Below, one piece after another: positions 26,921-36,079 of a DNA stretch of 64,000 bases. The translations under genes and the position numbers were made by a program. Numbering within the stretch: position 1 is the first letter of the stretch; each line of letters begins with the position of its first letter. Source of the stretch: a virus; IMG/VR virus record IMGVR_UViG_3300019487_000030. The stretch is one strand, 5' to 3'. Below the pieces are notes generated by a model. That model was given only the letters and a program-made list of their open reading frames with translations, searched no databases and was not told where the DNA came from.

Positions 26921-27151
26921 ATGAAGATGAGCATCGAGAACCTCTCGGGTGACGGTCTCGGCAAGCGCCGCCGTCGCCGTCGTCGCCGCCTCGGTTCGAG
27001 CGGCGTGACCCTGGTCGGTCGCCGCCGCCGCGGCAAGGGCTGCAGCGCCGCGGGCGTCAAGGCCAACGGTCGGCTCCGCAAGGGCTACCGCTGGGCGAAG
27101 GGTCGCGCGGGCTGCGCGATCCCGGCCCGCCGCCGCCGCAAGCGCCGCTAG
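26921..27151 (+). CDS. small Arg-rich basic protein
   Basis: GLG-KRRRRRRRR-LG; C-terminal RRRRKRR. Confidence 0.8.
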   Translation: MKMSIENLSGDGLGKRRRRRRRRLGSSGVTLVGRRRRGKGCSAAGVKANGRLRKGYRWAKGRAGCAIPARRRRKRR

Positions 27152-27181
27152 TCGCGGCGCGCTCCGGCGCCAGCCTGAGAG

Positions 27182-27218
27182 AAGGGCCGCGTGCGTTTGA
27201 CGTACGCGGCCTTTTTCT
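27182..27218 (+). terminator. intrinsic terminator
   Basis: GGCCGCGT...ACGCGGCC stem followed by TTTTT. Confidence 0.8.
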
Positions 27219-27252
27219 TGTCCGTCCCCCGTTCTATTTCCCGAGGCTTCTC

Positions 27253-27435
27253 ATGCCGAAGCAACGCTGCCAGGACATGCTCGAAGATCTGCTCTACGAA
27301 GCCGTGGATGCCGGCGCCGCGAACCGCGACGTCAATCCACGGAAGATCGGGCATTTCATCGACGTCTGCGTTCGTCCGAACGCGGCCGGGCTCGGTCGCC
27401 GTAAGCGTCGTACGCGGCGCAGGAGCCGTCGGTGA
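27253..27435 (+). CDS. small protein with GLG + poly-Arg tail
   Basis: AAGLGRRKRRTRRRSRR. Confidence 0.75.
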   Translation: MPKQRCQDMLEDLLYEAVDAGAANRDVNPRKIGHFIDVCVRPNAAGLGRRKRRTRRRSRR

Positions 27436-27662
27436 GCACGTCCACCACCTTCGAGCGTCTGCCGGTCGGCGCGTGCTTCGCGTACAGCCCGAGCAGCAAG
27501 CAAGCAACGCGTCGCAAGATCGACGAGCGTCACATCACGCTCGTTCCCACCACCAAGCGTGAGTGGCGCGTCGACGACGTCGAGATGCACGTCTTCGCGA
27601 AGGCGTGCCCCGTCAACTTCGGTCGCCGTCGCAAGCGGCGCCGAGCCAAGAGGAGTCGCTAG
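27432..27662 (+). CDS. small protein with FG + poly-Arg tail
   Basis: VNFGRRRKRRRAKRSR. Confidence 0.75.
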   Translation: MSTSTTFERLPVGACFAYSPSSKQATRRKIDERHITLVPTTKREWRVDDVEMHVFAKACPVNFGRRRKRRRAKRSR

Positions 27663-27664
27663 TC

Positions 27665-27943
27665 ATGGCGAAGAGGAAGAAGAGGCGCAGGACCCTGCGC
27701 GGTTCGAGTGATCGCTTCGTCGTCAGCGGCCCCGCCACGTGGCGCCGCAGTGTCCACACGACCAAGAGCGCCGCGCTCGATCAGGCCAAGGCCTGCTCGA
27801 AGAAGCACCCGAACGCGGTGTGCCGCGTCACCGAAGGTCTCCCCGGCCTGCAGCGCACGGTTGCCGAGTGCAACCGCAGCGAGTGCTACGCGGTCGGTGG
27901 CGGTGTCGGTCGGCGGCGTCGTCGTCGCAAGGCGAGGCGCTAG
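27665..27943 (+). CDS. small protein with basic N- and C-termini
   Basis: MAKRKKRRRTLRG...GGVGRRRRRKARR. Confidence 0.75.
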   Translation: MAKRKKRRRTLRGSSDRFVVSGPATWRRSVHTTKSAALDQAKACSKKHPNAVCRVTEGLPGLQRTVAECNRSECYAVGGGVGRRRRRRKARR

Positions 27944-27945
27944 TC

Positions 27946-28281
27946 ATGGCGCGGCGCAAGCGTCGTCGCGGGCTCGGCAGCTCCGAGGCGATCCACACCA
28001 AGAAGATGACCGAGGCGTCCGAGGAGATCGGACACATGGTCGCGCTCGTCACCAACAAGTCCCGCAACGGTCGGTGCGGTGCCGCATCGAACGCGTACGG
28101 CTCGATGATGACCGCGTACGGTCAGTACCTCGCGCATCAGGGTGCGGGCGGCCGGGCGAGCGCGCCGTCGCACGCGGCGCTGGTCCGCAAGGCCGCGACC
28201 GAGTTCAACAGCGCGTGCCTCGTCAACCACAGCCACACGATGACCGGTCGCAAGCGCCGTCGGCGGAAAGCGCGCCGCTGA
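27946..28281 (+). CDS. small protein with basic N- and C-termini
   Basis: MARRKRRRGLG...MTGRKRRRRKARR. Confidence 0.75.
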   Translation: MARRKRRRGLGSSEAIHTKKMTEASEEIGHMVALVTNKSRNGRCGAASNAYGSMMTAYGQYLAHQGAGGRASAPSHAALVRKAATEFNSACLVNHSHTMTGRKRRRRKARR

Positions 28282-28283
28282 TC

Positions 28284-28589
28284 ATGGCGAAGCGTCAACG
28301 CCGCGAGCACGTCTCGCTGATCGCCAAGGGTCCGAAGAAGAGTATCCAGCGCGAGGCGGCCCGCTACGGCATCCCGATGTCGTCGTGCGTCTCGCACGGC
28401 AAGGACGTGCAGTGCTTCACGGCTTGCACGCCATCGACACGTGACCGCCTCGACGAGTGGTTCAGGGCGAGCAAGCCGAACCGCTCGACGCAGCGGACGT
28501 GGAGCCGGCCCGGCGCACTGCTGTACGTCGGAGGTTCGTGCCTGAGCGCACTCGGAGCACGCTCGCGTCGACGCCGAAAGGCGCGGTAG
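28284..28589 (+). CDS. small protein with LG + poly-Arg tail
   Basis: MAKRQRR...SALGARSRRRRKAR. Confidence 0.75.
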   Translation: MAKRQRREHVSLIAKGPKKSIQREAARYGIPMSSCVSHGKDVQCFTACTPSTRDRLDEWFRASKPNRSTQRTWSRPGALLYVGGSCLSALGARSRRRRKAR

Positions 28590-28598
28590 AGTCCCGTC

Positions 28599-29888
28599 AT
28601 GGCCGCGATCATCCCGCACCTCGAAGTCCCCGGCGACGTCACCGCGATCGAGCGTGCCTACGACATGTGTGTCGGCTCGCTCAGCGGCCCGAACCTCGGC
28701 GAAGATCACCACGCGTGCCCCGCACCGCAATCGGTCCTCGCGGACGCCCACGCTGGCCTACTCGGCATGGTGTTCGTGCGCGATGCCGTGTTCGAGAGCC
28801 TGAAAGGCCTGCAGTTCATCGTCCGACCCGGCAACGTAGAGGGCAAGGACACGAAGAAGGTCTTCCTCGTGCTCGACCGTCCGATCGGTCCGGGCCCGGC
28901 ATGGAACCCAGCCACGAATCCCGACGTCTCGCAGTACAAGCTCTTGTCGTGGACGTCGAAGATGAACGCGCCGTCGTGGTCGCTGCCGGCTGGCGCACCG
29001 CAGATCGGCGGCGCGTGCCCTGGTGCGGTCGCCGGTCAGAGCGTCGTTCCCGAGAAGGCGCTCGACGCAGGCGCGCGGCTCGTCAACATCGGTCTCGGCC
29101 GACCGGCGAACACGCCGGTCAATCTCGCGCAAGCGATCTGCGAGCACTGCTACGCAACGGGCGGCCAGTACTCGACAGGCCAGGTGCAGTTCGCGCAGAT
29201 CCTCCGGTTCCTGTGGGCGCGCCAGGCGATCAACTACGTGCTGCCGAACGGCTCGACGGCGTTCGTCGAGGCGATGGTCTACGCGATCGACAACGCCGAC
29301 TACAAGCTCAACGGCGGTACGGTGCAGGGTGAAGGCGCCGAAGCGACGCAGGATCTACCGCCCGAGCCGACGGGGCGGCGGTTCTTTCGCATCCACGACT
29401 CAGGCGACTTCTTCGAGGAAGAGTACCTACACCAGTGGAAGATGATCGCGGACCGGCTCCCGGACATCACGTTCTGGGCGCCGTCGCGCATCTGGGCAAC
29501 GAGCTGGGGCATCAACGCGGTCAACAAGATCAACCGCGAGCCGCGCAACCTGATCATCCGTCCGAGCGCATACGAGGTGAACGAACACGGCCCCATCGAT
29601 CTCGGCCCCGGTTGGGCTGGACCAACGACGGTGATTGCGGTCTCGCAGAACCTCGGCATGACGCCCGAGCGTGAGCGCTACGTCTACGAGCACGCGCATC
29701 GGTTCCCGCCCAAGCTCACGGGCCCGGACCCGCGCTACACGTGGAACTGCCAAGCGTACGCGACCGACGACGCGAAGCACACGTGCCGCAAAGCTGTCGC
29801 GCCTCCCGGTCTCGGCGATGCGAACGGCAAGGGCTGTCGCGCGTGCTGGATCGCGCCGACGGAGATCGTCAACTACTCGCTCCACTGA
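28599..29888 (+). CDS. Gp88-like phage protein (Cys-rich, possibly Fe-S/radical-SAM-like)
   Basis: SWSLPAG...ACPGA...CEHCYA...FRIHDSGDF...FWAPSR...CRACW. Confidence 0.7.
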   Translation: MAAIIPHLEVPGDVTAIERAYDMCVGSLSGPNLGEDHHACPAPQSVLADAHAGLLGMVFVRDAVFESLKGLQFIVRPGNVEGKDTKKVFLVLDRPIGPGPAWNPATNPDVSQYKLLSWTSKMNAPSWSLPAGAPQIGGACPGAVAGQSVVPEKALDAGARLVNIGLGRPANTPVNLAQAICEHCYATGGQYSTGQVQFAQILRFLWARQAINYVLPNGSTAFVEAMVYAIDNADYKLNGGTVQGEGAEATQDLPPEPTGRRFFRIHDSGDFFEEEYLHQWKMIADRLPDITFWAPSRIWATSWGINAVNKINREPRNLIIRPSAYEVNEHGPIDLGPGWAGPTTVIAVSQNLGMTPERERYVYEHAHRFPPKLTGPDPRYTWNCQAYATDDAKHTCRKAVAPPGLGDANGKGCRACWIAPTEIVNYSLH

Positions 29889-29896
29889 GGAACGTC

Positions 29897-30358
29897 ATGC
29901 CGAAGAAGAAGCCACCGACCGCGAAGGGCGTCGTCAGCAAGGACGACGTGCCGTGTCTGCGCGTCGTCGTCGGCGGAAAGCCCGGCAAAACCGGACAGAC
30001 CGACGCGAAGTCGTGTGCTCTCGTCGGCGAGAGCCGTGGCGGCATCAGCAAGTTCAACCTCGGCAAGAAGTTCAACTCGACGAGCAAAACGGTCGCGACG
30101 CCCAAGAACAACAAGCCGTGTCTCGGCGCGCTCAAGCGTATTGGCTGCCCGGTGCAGCTCGCGTTCGAGAACGGACAGCCGTTCCTGCGGTTCTGTACGA
30201 CCGAGAAGCAACCCGGCTATCGCGTCGACGTCAACAACCCGGCCGAGGCGGTCGCACAGGCGAACGCAGCGTGTGCGACCTGGAAGGCCAAGGGCAAGTT
30301 CGAGTTCCCGCCGGGAACGCCGCTCCGCGGCGCCCGTAAGCGCAAACGAGCGAAGTGA
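29897..30358 (+). CDS. basic Cys-containing protein with LRG + basic tail
   Basis: PLRGARKRKRAK C-terminus. Confidence 0.72.
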   Translation: MPKKKPPTAKGVVSKDDVPCLRVVVGGKPGKTGQTDAKSCALVGESRGGISKFNLGKKFNSTSKTVATPKNNKPCLGALKRIGCPVQLAFENGQPFLRFCTTEKQPGYRVDVNNPAEAVAQANAACATWKAKGKFEFPPGTPLRGARKRKRAK

Positions 30359-30359
30359 C

Positions 30360-30385
30360 GATCGCGCACGCGATCGTGGTAGGCT
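30360..30385 (+). promoter_or_regulatory. palindrome + TAGGCT box
   Basis: GATCGCGCACGCGATC-GTGG-TAGGCT. Confidence 0.7.
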
Positions 30386-30405
30386 ATTGACCAAGGAGCT
30401 GCCCT

Positions 30406-30870
30406 GTGCCTGTGCACCTGATCAAACGCAACAGCCCGTTCGAGGACCGGTTCATCCCGGAACCGAACAGCGGCTGCTGGTTGTGGTTGGGCGGAACACA
30501 ATCTCAAGGCTACGGCGTGCTCGGTCCAAAGAATGCGAAGGTTCTCGCTTCGCGCTTTGCGTATGAGAAGTATCGCGGTCCGGTCCCAGCAAAGCTGCAT
30601 GTACTGCACAAGTGCGACACGCCTTCGTGCGTCAATCCTGATCACCTGTTCGTCGGCACACGACGGGACAATATGCAGGACGCGTCTCGCAAGGGTCGTA
30701 TGCACCCAGGTGAGGCTGATGGAATGGCGAAGCTGACCCAACAGCAAGTCGATCAAATCCGTCAGGACGCGAACCGTGGCGTCTCCAAGACCCACCTCGC
30801 GCAGCGGTTCAACGTTCACCGATCTCAAATCAGCCGCATCATCAATCGGCGGCGCTGGAAGAGGAATTAG
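30406..30870 (+). CDS. HNH homing endonuclease
   Basis: PNSGCWLW, VLHKCDTPSCVNPDHL...DN, KLT-HTH. Confidence 0.9.
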   Translation: MPVHLIKRNSPFEDRFIPEPNSGCWLWLGGTQSQGYGVLGPKNAKVLASRFAYEKYRGPVPAKLHVLHKCDTPSCVNPDHLFVGTRRDNMQDASRKGRMHPGEADGMAKLTQQQVDQIRQDANRGVSKTHLAQRFNVHRSQISRIINRRRWKRN

Positions 30871-30875
30871 CGCCA

Positions 30876-31318
30876 TGCCACATGTTTTTACGCTCGAAGG
30901 CAACACCCCCGCGCAGCTCGCAGGTCTGGGCGCGAACATCGTGTCGTACCCGCCCGCCGGCTCGGCGATCTCGCCGCATGCTGCAGTCATCGGCCCCACA
31001 CGTGTCGCGATGCAGGTGTTCGGACCCGGCGGCACGCCGGTCATGTACCGTCGGCGCTACCCTGCGCGCGGTCCGGTCTGCGACTACTGCGATCCGAGCT
31101 ACTTCACCGTGATGAACGGCGGCCTGCAAGTCATCCCGCAGCAACAGCAACAGCTCGGTGACGTCGTCGACTTCCTGCGCGCACGCAACCCCGTCGTCGC
31201 AGGCCTCATGGTGCTCGGTGGCTCACTCGCAACCGGTGCGATTCTCGGTGGCCGCGCAATCTTCCTGATGCACAAGGCCGGCTACCAGACGCCGAAAGCC
31301 TACGACCACGACTGGTAG
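30876..31318 (+). CDS. membrane protein with LG motifs
   Basis: AGLG, CDYC, QQQQQLGD, C-terminal TM. Confidence 0.7.
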
Positions 31319-31323
31319 TGAAC

Positions 31324-31430
31324 GTTGATCGCTCGCGCGATCACAGGTAGCCTCTGAGAACCTCGTCGCACAGCGCGACCCGGTCACGGCAAGGAGGCCA
31401 TCATGGGTACGAAAGCAGGAGCACTTCTCT
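31324..31430 (+). repeat. about 110-bp promoter/leader/gene-start repeat, copy 1 (copy 2 at 33718-33830)
   Basis: shared palindrome, TAGCCT, ACCTCGTCGCA and AGGAGGCCATCATGGGTACGAAAGCAGGAGCACTTCTCTGGAA. Confidence 0.85.
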
Positions 31431-31792
31431 GGAACCGACAGCATCTGACGCTGCTCGCCGGTCTGACCGAGGTCGATACCGGCATCGAGCAGGTCAACAA
31501 GGGATTCGGCAGCATGTCGCCGAACGAACCGCCGATGGGCATCACGATCGCGCCGCCCGGCCCGCCGGATGGCGCACTGCCCGCGTCGCGTGTCATGGTC
31601 ATCCCGCAGGCACCGACGACGCCGTGGGCCAACATCACGCACAGCGAGCCGTACGTGAACCCCGCCACCGGGACGATCTTCGTCACGTTCAACAACGCCG
31701 ACAAGACGCCCGCCACCATCAATGTCCTGTTCTGGGATCCGCACTCGCTGATCGGTCCCGGTGACGCGGACGCCTACAACGAGGAGGGCTAG
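31403..31792 (+). CDS. WDPHS-family protein, paralog 1
   Basis: MGTKAGALLWNR...INVLFWDPHSLIGPGDAD. Confidence 0.85.
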   Translation: MGTKAGALLWNRQHLTLLAGLTEVDTGIEQVNKGFGSMSPNEPPMGITIAPPGPPDGALPASRVMVIPQAPTTPWANITHSEPYVNPATGTIFVTFNNADKTPATINVLFWDPHSLIGPGDADAYNEEG

Positions 31793-31794
31793 TC

Positions 31795-32175
31795 ATGGGA
31801 AGGAAGGCAGCAGCACTTCTCTGGAATCGCATGCGCGTCGAGATCCTCGACGGCGTCATCGACATCGACACCGGGCTGACGCAGCCCAACCGCAGCTTCC
31901 CGGACTACTCGCCGGGTGAGCCGCCGTTAGGTGTCAACGCGGCCGTGTCGCCGGTCGCCGGCACGCCGCCCGCGTCACGCATCCAGGTCATTCCGATGGC
32001 ACCGCTCTCGGACTGGCAAGGCGTGACCCACGGCGAGCCGTACTTCAACACGACGACGAACACGATCCACGTGCAGTTCTCGAACGGCGTGCAGACGTTC
32101 ATCAACGTCCTGTTCTGGGATCCGCACTCGCTGATCGGTCCCGGCGACGCCGACACGTACAACGCGGCGCCGTAG
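31795..32175 (+). CDS. WDPHS-family protein, paralog 2
   Basis: MGRKAAALLWNR...INVLFWDPHSLIGPGDAD. Confidence 0.85.
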   Translation: MGRKAAALLWNRMRVEILDGVIDIDTGLTQPNRSFPDYSPGEPPLGVNAAVSPVAGTPPASRIQVIPMAPLSDWQGVTHGEPYFNTTTNTIHVQFSNGVQTFINVLFWDPHSLIGPGDADTYNAAP

Positions 32176-32730
32176 CTACGACGACGCTGCGCGAGCAGCG
32201 TTTCGTACAATGCGCGAACGGATCGTCAAGACCCAGTTCGTGTATCGCGACGTCTTATAGTTCGTGAGCGCCTGATTGCCGCCGTTGTAGCCGGCGAGCG
32301 CGCACCGAAGTCGATCATCGACGGGCAGTCGTGCACAGCGCTTATCGTCGAGCCACGCCTGCAGATGTGCAGCCCCGACGCCGTACGCGTACGCGACGTC
32401 TGTGCGCATGCGCTGGCATTCGTCCCACGGCACGTAGCCACCGGTCTGCATCGGACCGCAGTACCAACTCGGTCGAGCCTTCGGCGGCCTCGCGGCTCTC
32501 GGCCACACGCCCGTCTTGCGCGTGCAGCTTTCTGGATCTGCACTCTCGCATTCGTTGCGACTGAGCGCGCGGGGGTCGTAGCGCGACTCGATGAACGCGA
32601 TGCTGAGTAGTAGCTCGACCGGTGTCTGCTCGGTCGCAGCGGCCGTCGCTGCTTCGACGTGTTCACGCGCCTGCTCGGGTGACAGGGACGTAACCAGGGC
32701 AGTGATAGCGAAGATCAAGGGTTCGAGCAT
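32176..32730 (-). CDS. lytic transglycosylase (SLT-like) with N-terminal signal/TM
   Basis: IAFIESRY, GPMQT, LAGYNGG; hydrophobic N-terminus. Confidence 0.82.
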   Translation of the reverse strand: MLEPLIFAITALVTSLSPEQAREHVEAATAAATEQTPVELLLSIAFIESRYDPRALSRNECESADPESCTRKTGVWPRAARPPKARPSWYCGPMQTGGYVPWDECQRMRTDVAYAYGVGAAHLQAWLDDKRCARLPVDDRLRCALAGYNGGNQALTNYKTSRYTNWVLTIRSRIVRNAARAASS

Positions 32731-32769
32731 CGCTGGACCCTACTACGGGTTTCGTCAAGAGGAATCGAT

Positions 32770-32796
32770 GATCGCTCGCACGATCGATGATAGGCT
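32770..32796 (+). promoter_or_regulatory. palindrome (1 mismatch) + TAGGCT
   Basis: GATCGCTCGCACGATC-GATGA-TAGGCT. Confidence 0.65.
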
Positions 32797-32802
32797 CGAC
32801 GG

Positions 32803-33216
32803 GTGCTGACCCTCCAGTGCGCCGACGGGCTCGGAGACCCCATCTCGGATCTCTCGTCGCTGCTCTCGAAGGGTGGCGCGATTCTCCAGAAGGCAGGCCC
32901 GTACCTCGACACGGTGCTCGAAGTCGTCCAGGACCCAGCACTGCCGCAGTTAGTGACGAAGATCAAGACGCTCAAGGCGCTCGACACCGGCACAAGCATG
33001 CCAAGTGCTCCAGGCGCACCGTCGACACCGGGCGTCGGCCTCAACCGTGTACTGCCGCTCTGGGACGCGGCAATCTGGTACACGAAGTACCCATGGGCAC
33101 CGTGGGTGATCGGCGGCGGCACGATCCTCGTGCTCGGCGGCATCGGTTTTGGAATCGGCCGCGCGACCAAGAAGTGTCGTACGGGTATGGGACGCTCGTA
33201 TCGTAGGAGACGCTGA
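32803..33216 (+). CDS. membrane protein with GLG-D motif
   Basis: ADGLGDP; C-terminal TM followed by basic tail. Confidence 0.72.
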   Translation: MLTLQCADGLGDPISDLSSLLSKGGAILQKAGPYLDTVLEVVQDPALPQLVTKIKTLKALDTGTSMPSAPGAPSTPGVGLNRVLPLWDAAIWYTKYPWAPWVIGGGTILVLGGIGFGIGRATKKCRTGMGRSYRRRR

Positions 33217-33218
33217 AC

Positions 33219-33722
33219 ATGCCCGAGCAACGCTCTGACAAGATCACCATCGATGCGCTCGCGAAGATGTTCGGTCTGCCCGACTGGGACAAGATCGACG
33301 AGATGAACCAGGAGTACTACTGGGAAGAAGCGCGCGGGATTCCCGACGAGGACGAGCGCATGGCTGCCGAGCAGCGTGCCCAAGAAGAGGTCTTCGCGAA
33401 GTGGTACGACGCCGTCGAAAAGGTGGCCGACACGCTGTTCGAGGAACACGGGCTCACGCTCGAACCGGTTCGCAAGAAGGACCGCCGCTCGTACGAGCTG
33501 CGCGTCATGCCACGCTACTCGTGGAAGGACGCCGCCGACAAGATTCGCGAGACGATCAACGGCGCGGGGCCGTTCTGGTACAAGAACCTGCGCGAGTTCC
33601 TTGACTCGGGGCCGTACACGGCGCGCCAGGCCGTGCTCTCGCACCTCGGCTGGATCAAGCACTATCCGGCCGTCTACGGGGGCTCCGGCGCCCATCAGAT
33701 GTACGAAGCAGCCTGGCGTTGA
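33219..33722 (+). CDS. hypothetical protein
   Basis: AGGAG RBS; typical codons. Confidence 0.75.
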   Translation: MPEQRSDKITIDALAKMFGLPDWDKIDEMNQEYYWEEARGIPDEDERMAAEQRAQEEVFAKWYDAVEKVADTLFEEHGLTLEPVRKKDRRSYELRVMPRYSWKDAADKIRETINGAGPFWYKNLREFLDSGPYTARQAVLSHLGWIKHYPAVYGGSGAHQMYEAAWR

Positions 33723-33830
33723 TCGCTCACGCGATCGGCAGTAGCCTCGGGGATACCTCGTCGCATCTCGCGACACCGGCTACGGCTTAGGAGGCCATCA
33801 TGGGTACGAAAGCAGGAGCACTTCTCTGGA
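33718..33830 (+). repeat. promoter/leader repeat, copy 2 (palindrome 33721-33736)
   Basis: matches 31324-31430. Confidence 0.85.
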
Positions 33831-34150
33831 ATCGAATGCGGATCGCCGTTCCCGGCAATGACACGCTCGACGTCGACACGGGTATCACGCAGGTGAACCA
33901 GTCGTTCGCTGACATGTCGCCGGACGAGCCAGGCTTCGGAGATCCGTCGCGTATCCAGGTGATGCCCATGATGCCCATCGACGCCTGGGCGACGATCTCA
34001 CACGGCGAGCCCTACTTCGATCCGGCCACGGGCACGATTCGCGTCGCGTTCTCGAACACCGACGAAGGCACCGTGACGATCAACGCGCTGTTCTGGAACC
34101 CGCACTCGCTCGTCGGTCCGGGCGAGGCAGATCCGTACAACGACGACTGA
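33800..34150 (+). CDS. WDPHS-family protein, paralog 3
   Basis: MGTKAGALLWNR...INALFWNPHSLVGPGEAD. Confidence 0.85.
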   Translation: MGTKAGALLWNRMRIAVPGNDTLDVDTGITQVNQSFADMSPDEPGFGDPSRIQVMPMMPIDAWATISHGEPYFDPATGTIRVAFSNTDEGTVTINALFWNPHSLVGPGEADPYNDD

Positions 34151-34153
34151 TCG

Positions 34154-34513
34154 CTACGCCGCGAGCGTGTGACGGAATTCGAGCGCGACAATCGCGACCG
34201 CGTTCGGTTCGGCCATGATCCTCACGGCGGCGCTCGTTGTCGGACCGTGGACGATGCCGTCCATCGCAACGCGCGGGAACGAACGTGGCGTCACGAATGT
34301 GCGCATCGACGGGTTACAGAGCAGGTAACGACACGCTGCTTCGTTGTCGCCGAGCCGCACGCCGCGCGAGATGTAATCCCGCAGCGGGCCTCGAACAGCG
34401 GCTTTGATGAGATCCTCCTGGGTCAGGATGACCTCGCCGCCTTCTTCATCTGCGACGACGCTGTACTTGAGCAAGTTCGGTGTCGCGCCTTCACGTCTGA
34501 TCTGGAGCCCCAT
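34154..34513 (-). CDS. hypothetical protein
   Basis: ORF downstream of 34529-34984, weakly similar to it. Confidence 0.65.
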   Translation of the reverse strand: MGLQIRREGATPNLLKYSVVADEEGGEVILTQEDLIKAAVRGPLRDYISRGVRLGDNEAACRYLLCNPSMRTFVTPRSFPRVAMDGIVHGPTTSAAVRIMAEPNAVAIVALEFRHTLAA

Positions 34514-34528
34514 GGGGCCCCCAGCCTA

Positions 34529-34984
34529 TCAGACTCCGTTCGTGCCCGGGATGTACACGTCGAGGTAGCAGAACTGCGGGGCGGCGGGAGCCGTGATCGC
34601 GAGGACCATGTTCGAGCCCGCGACGTTGGCGTCGATCGCCCAGCCTGCCGCGACGTCGCGCGGCGAGAGTGCCGCACGGGCGGTCGGGAATGCCCCCGAG
34701 TTCGCCGGGGTCGAACCCGACGGCGACGCACCCGCGTAGTCCGAGAGCAGAACCGCACGCGCCTTGGCCTGGGTCATCGGCGTCGCGATCGCGCCGTAAC
34801 CCTCCGTGTTCGCCTTGGCGAGACGCCGCATCTGGCCATTGCGACCGGCGGTGTCGGTCAGCAGATCGGGCGTCGCGCCGCCGGTCGCGCCGATGTTGAG
34901 GGTGGTACCAGCATTACCGTCCTGCGTGAGCAGGTACGTGAGGCGGTTGCCGGAAGCGCGAACGAGGGCAGCAGTGACAGCCAT
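34529..34984 (-). CDS. hypothetical Ala/Gly/Thr-rich protein (possible virion protein)
   Basis: AAGGAG RBS; preceded by palindrome leader. Confidence 0.75.
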   Translation of the reverse strand: MAVTAALVRASGNRLTYLLTQDGNAGTTLNIGATGGATPDLLTDTAGRNGQMRRLAKANTEGYGAIATPMTQAKARAVLLSDYAGASPSGSTPANSGAFPTARAALSPRDVAAGWAIDANVAGSNMVLAITAPAAPQFCYLDVYIPGTNGV

Positions 34985-35048
34985 GATGATTCTCCTTGCC
35001 GTGGCCGGACTCGGGGGATCCGAGTGAGGTTCCCAGAACCGTACCGAC

Positions 35049-35064
35049 GATCGCTCGCGCGATC
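35049..35064. promoter_or_regulatory. GATCGC-N4-GCGATC palindrome
   Basis: perfect match; on minus strand followed by GTCGG-TACGGT and a CACGGCAAGGAG leader like 31385. Confidence 0.7.
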
Positions 35065-35096
35065 AAGCAACGGAATCGGTGTTACTATCGCCGACA

Positions 35097-35494
35097 TGGC
35101 GAGCCCGAGCCAACACGAATACGAGATGCGCGAGCGTCGCGCGGCGCAGCATCACCTCGACGAGATCCGCAAGGCTCCGCTCGCCGATCGAAAGGACGCG
35201 CAGCTCGACTTCTTCAAGGCGATGCGCGACTCACCGCGCCTGGTCGGCGAACGCGTCGGCTGGCTGCTGGACGGCAACTACGGCTACGGCTCGATGCTGC
35301 TCGCAAAGCAGATCTTGCACAGCCCTCGCATGAACCGCGTCGCTGCGCTCACGCAGATGATCGGCGCGTTCGAGTGGCAGTGTCCCGAGGACATGACGCG
35401 CCAAGCATGGAAGCGGCTGACGCCCGGCGAGAAGCACGAGCTGGCACGTGCCGTCGAGAAGGTGATCCACGACGCCGAAGACAATGAAGGCTAG
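35097..35494 (+). CDS. hypothetical protein
   Basis: ORF with typical codons. Confidence 0.7.
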
Positions 35495-36063
35495 CCGTTG
35501 TTCTTGCCGAACGAGTGCGGCACGAACATGTCTTCGAGCCGCCGCGGGTAGATGAGTTGCGGGCCGCCGTTCGAGAGCTTCTCGACGGCTGCTGCACACG
35601 TCTGACGCAGCACGCGGCACACCGGTACGCTCGGGAAGTCGAGCAGGAACCGGCGCTGCAAGTACGGGCCGCCCGTGAAGCCCTTCTCGATCCCGACGAC
35701 GACGCGCGCGAGACCGAGCGTTGCCTTCACCATCCATTCGCCTAGCTCGAATCGCATCTGTGCCGCATAGGTGCGGTTGCAGCGGTGACTGGTCTCGCGT
35801 GCGCACCAGAACAGGATCACACCGTCGCGCGCTGCACGGTCGATGCACGCGCGCTCCCACACGAGCTGCTTGTCCATGCCGCCTTTGAAGTTCGCGCCGC
35901 GCTGACTCGCGACGTGAACGTCAGGTGCAAGCTCCCCGAGCGCATCGATCGCGTCGGCCTGCCAATCACCTACACCTTGGATCGGTCCGGCGAGGTAGAT
36001 CAGTGGTCCGTCGAGCTGCTGGAGAGCGTCGAGCTGCGGCGCGATGATCACGTGTCGCGGCAT
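35491..36063 (-). CDS. nucleoside 2-deoxyribosyltransferase-like protein
   Basis: IYLAGPI...DWQ...QLVWE...VILFW...RFELGEW; start uncertain. Confidence 0.75.
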   Translation of the reverse strand: MPRHVIIAPQLDALQQLDGPLIYLAGPIQGVGDWQADAIDALGELAPDVHVASQRGANFKGGMDKQLVWERACIDRAARDGVILFWCARETSHRCNRTYAAQMRFELGEWMVKATLGLARVVVGIEKGFTGGPYLQRRFLLDFPSVPVCRVLRQTCAAAVEKLSNGGPQLIYPRRLEDMFVPHSFGKNNG

Positions 36064-36079
36064 CTCCGCATCATACCAT

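Noticed and set aside
30406-30890. Start-duplication at the 30406 HNH (MPVHL vs MPHVF)
   Set aside because: The similarity is too short to distinguish from chance.
31403-34150. Diversity-generating retroelement behind the WDPHS paralogs
   Set aside because: There is no reverse transcriptase in the window, and the differences are not adenine-specific.
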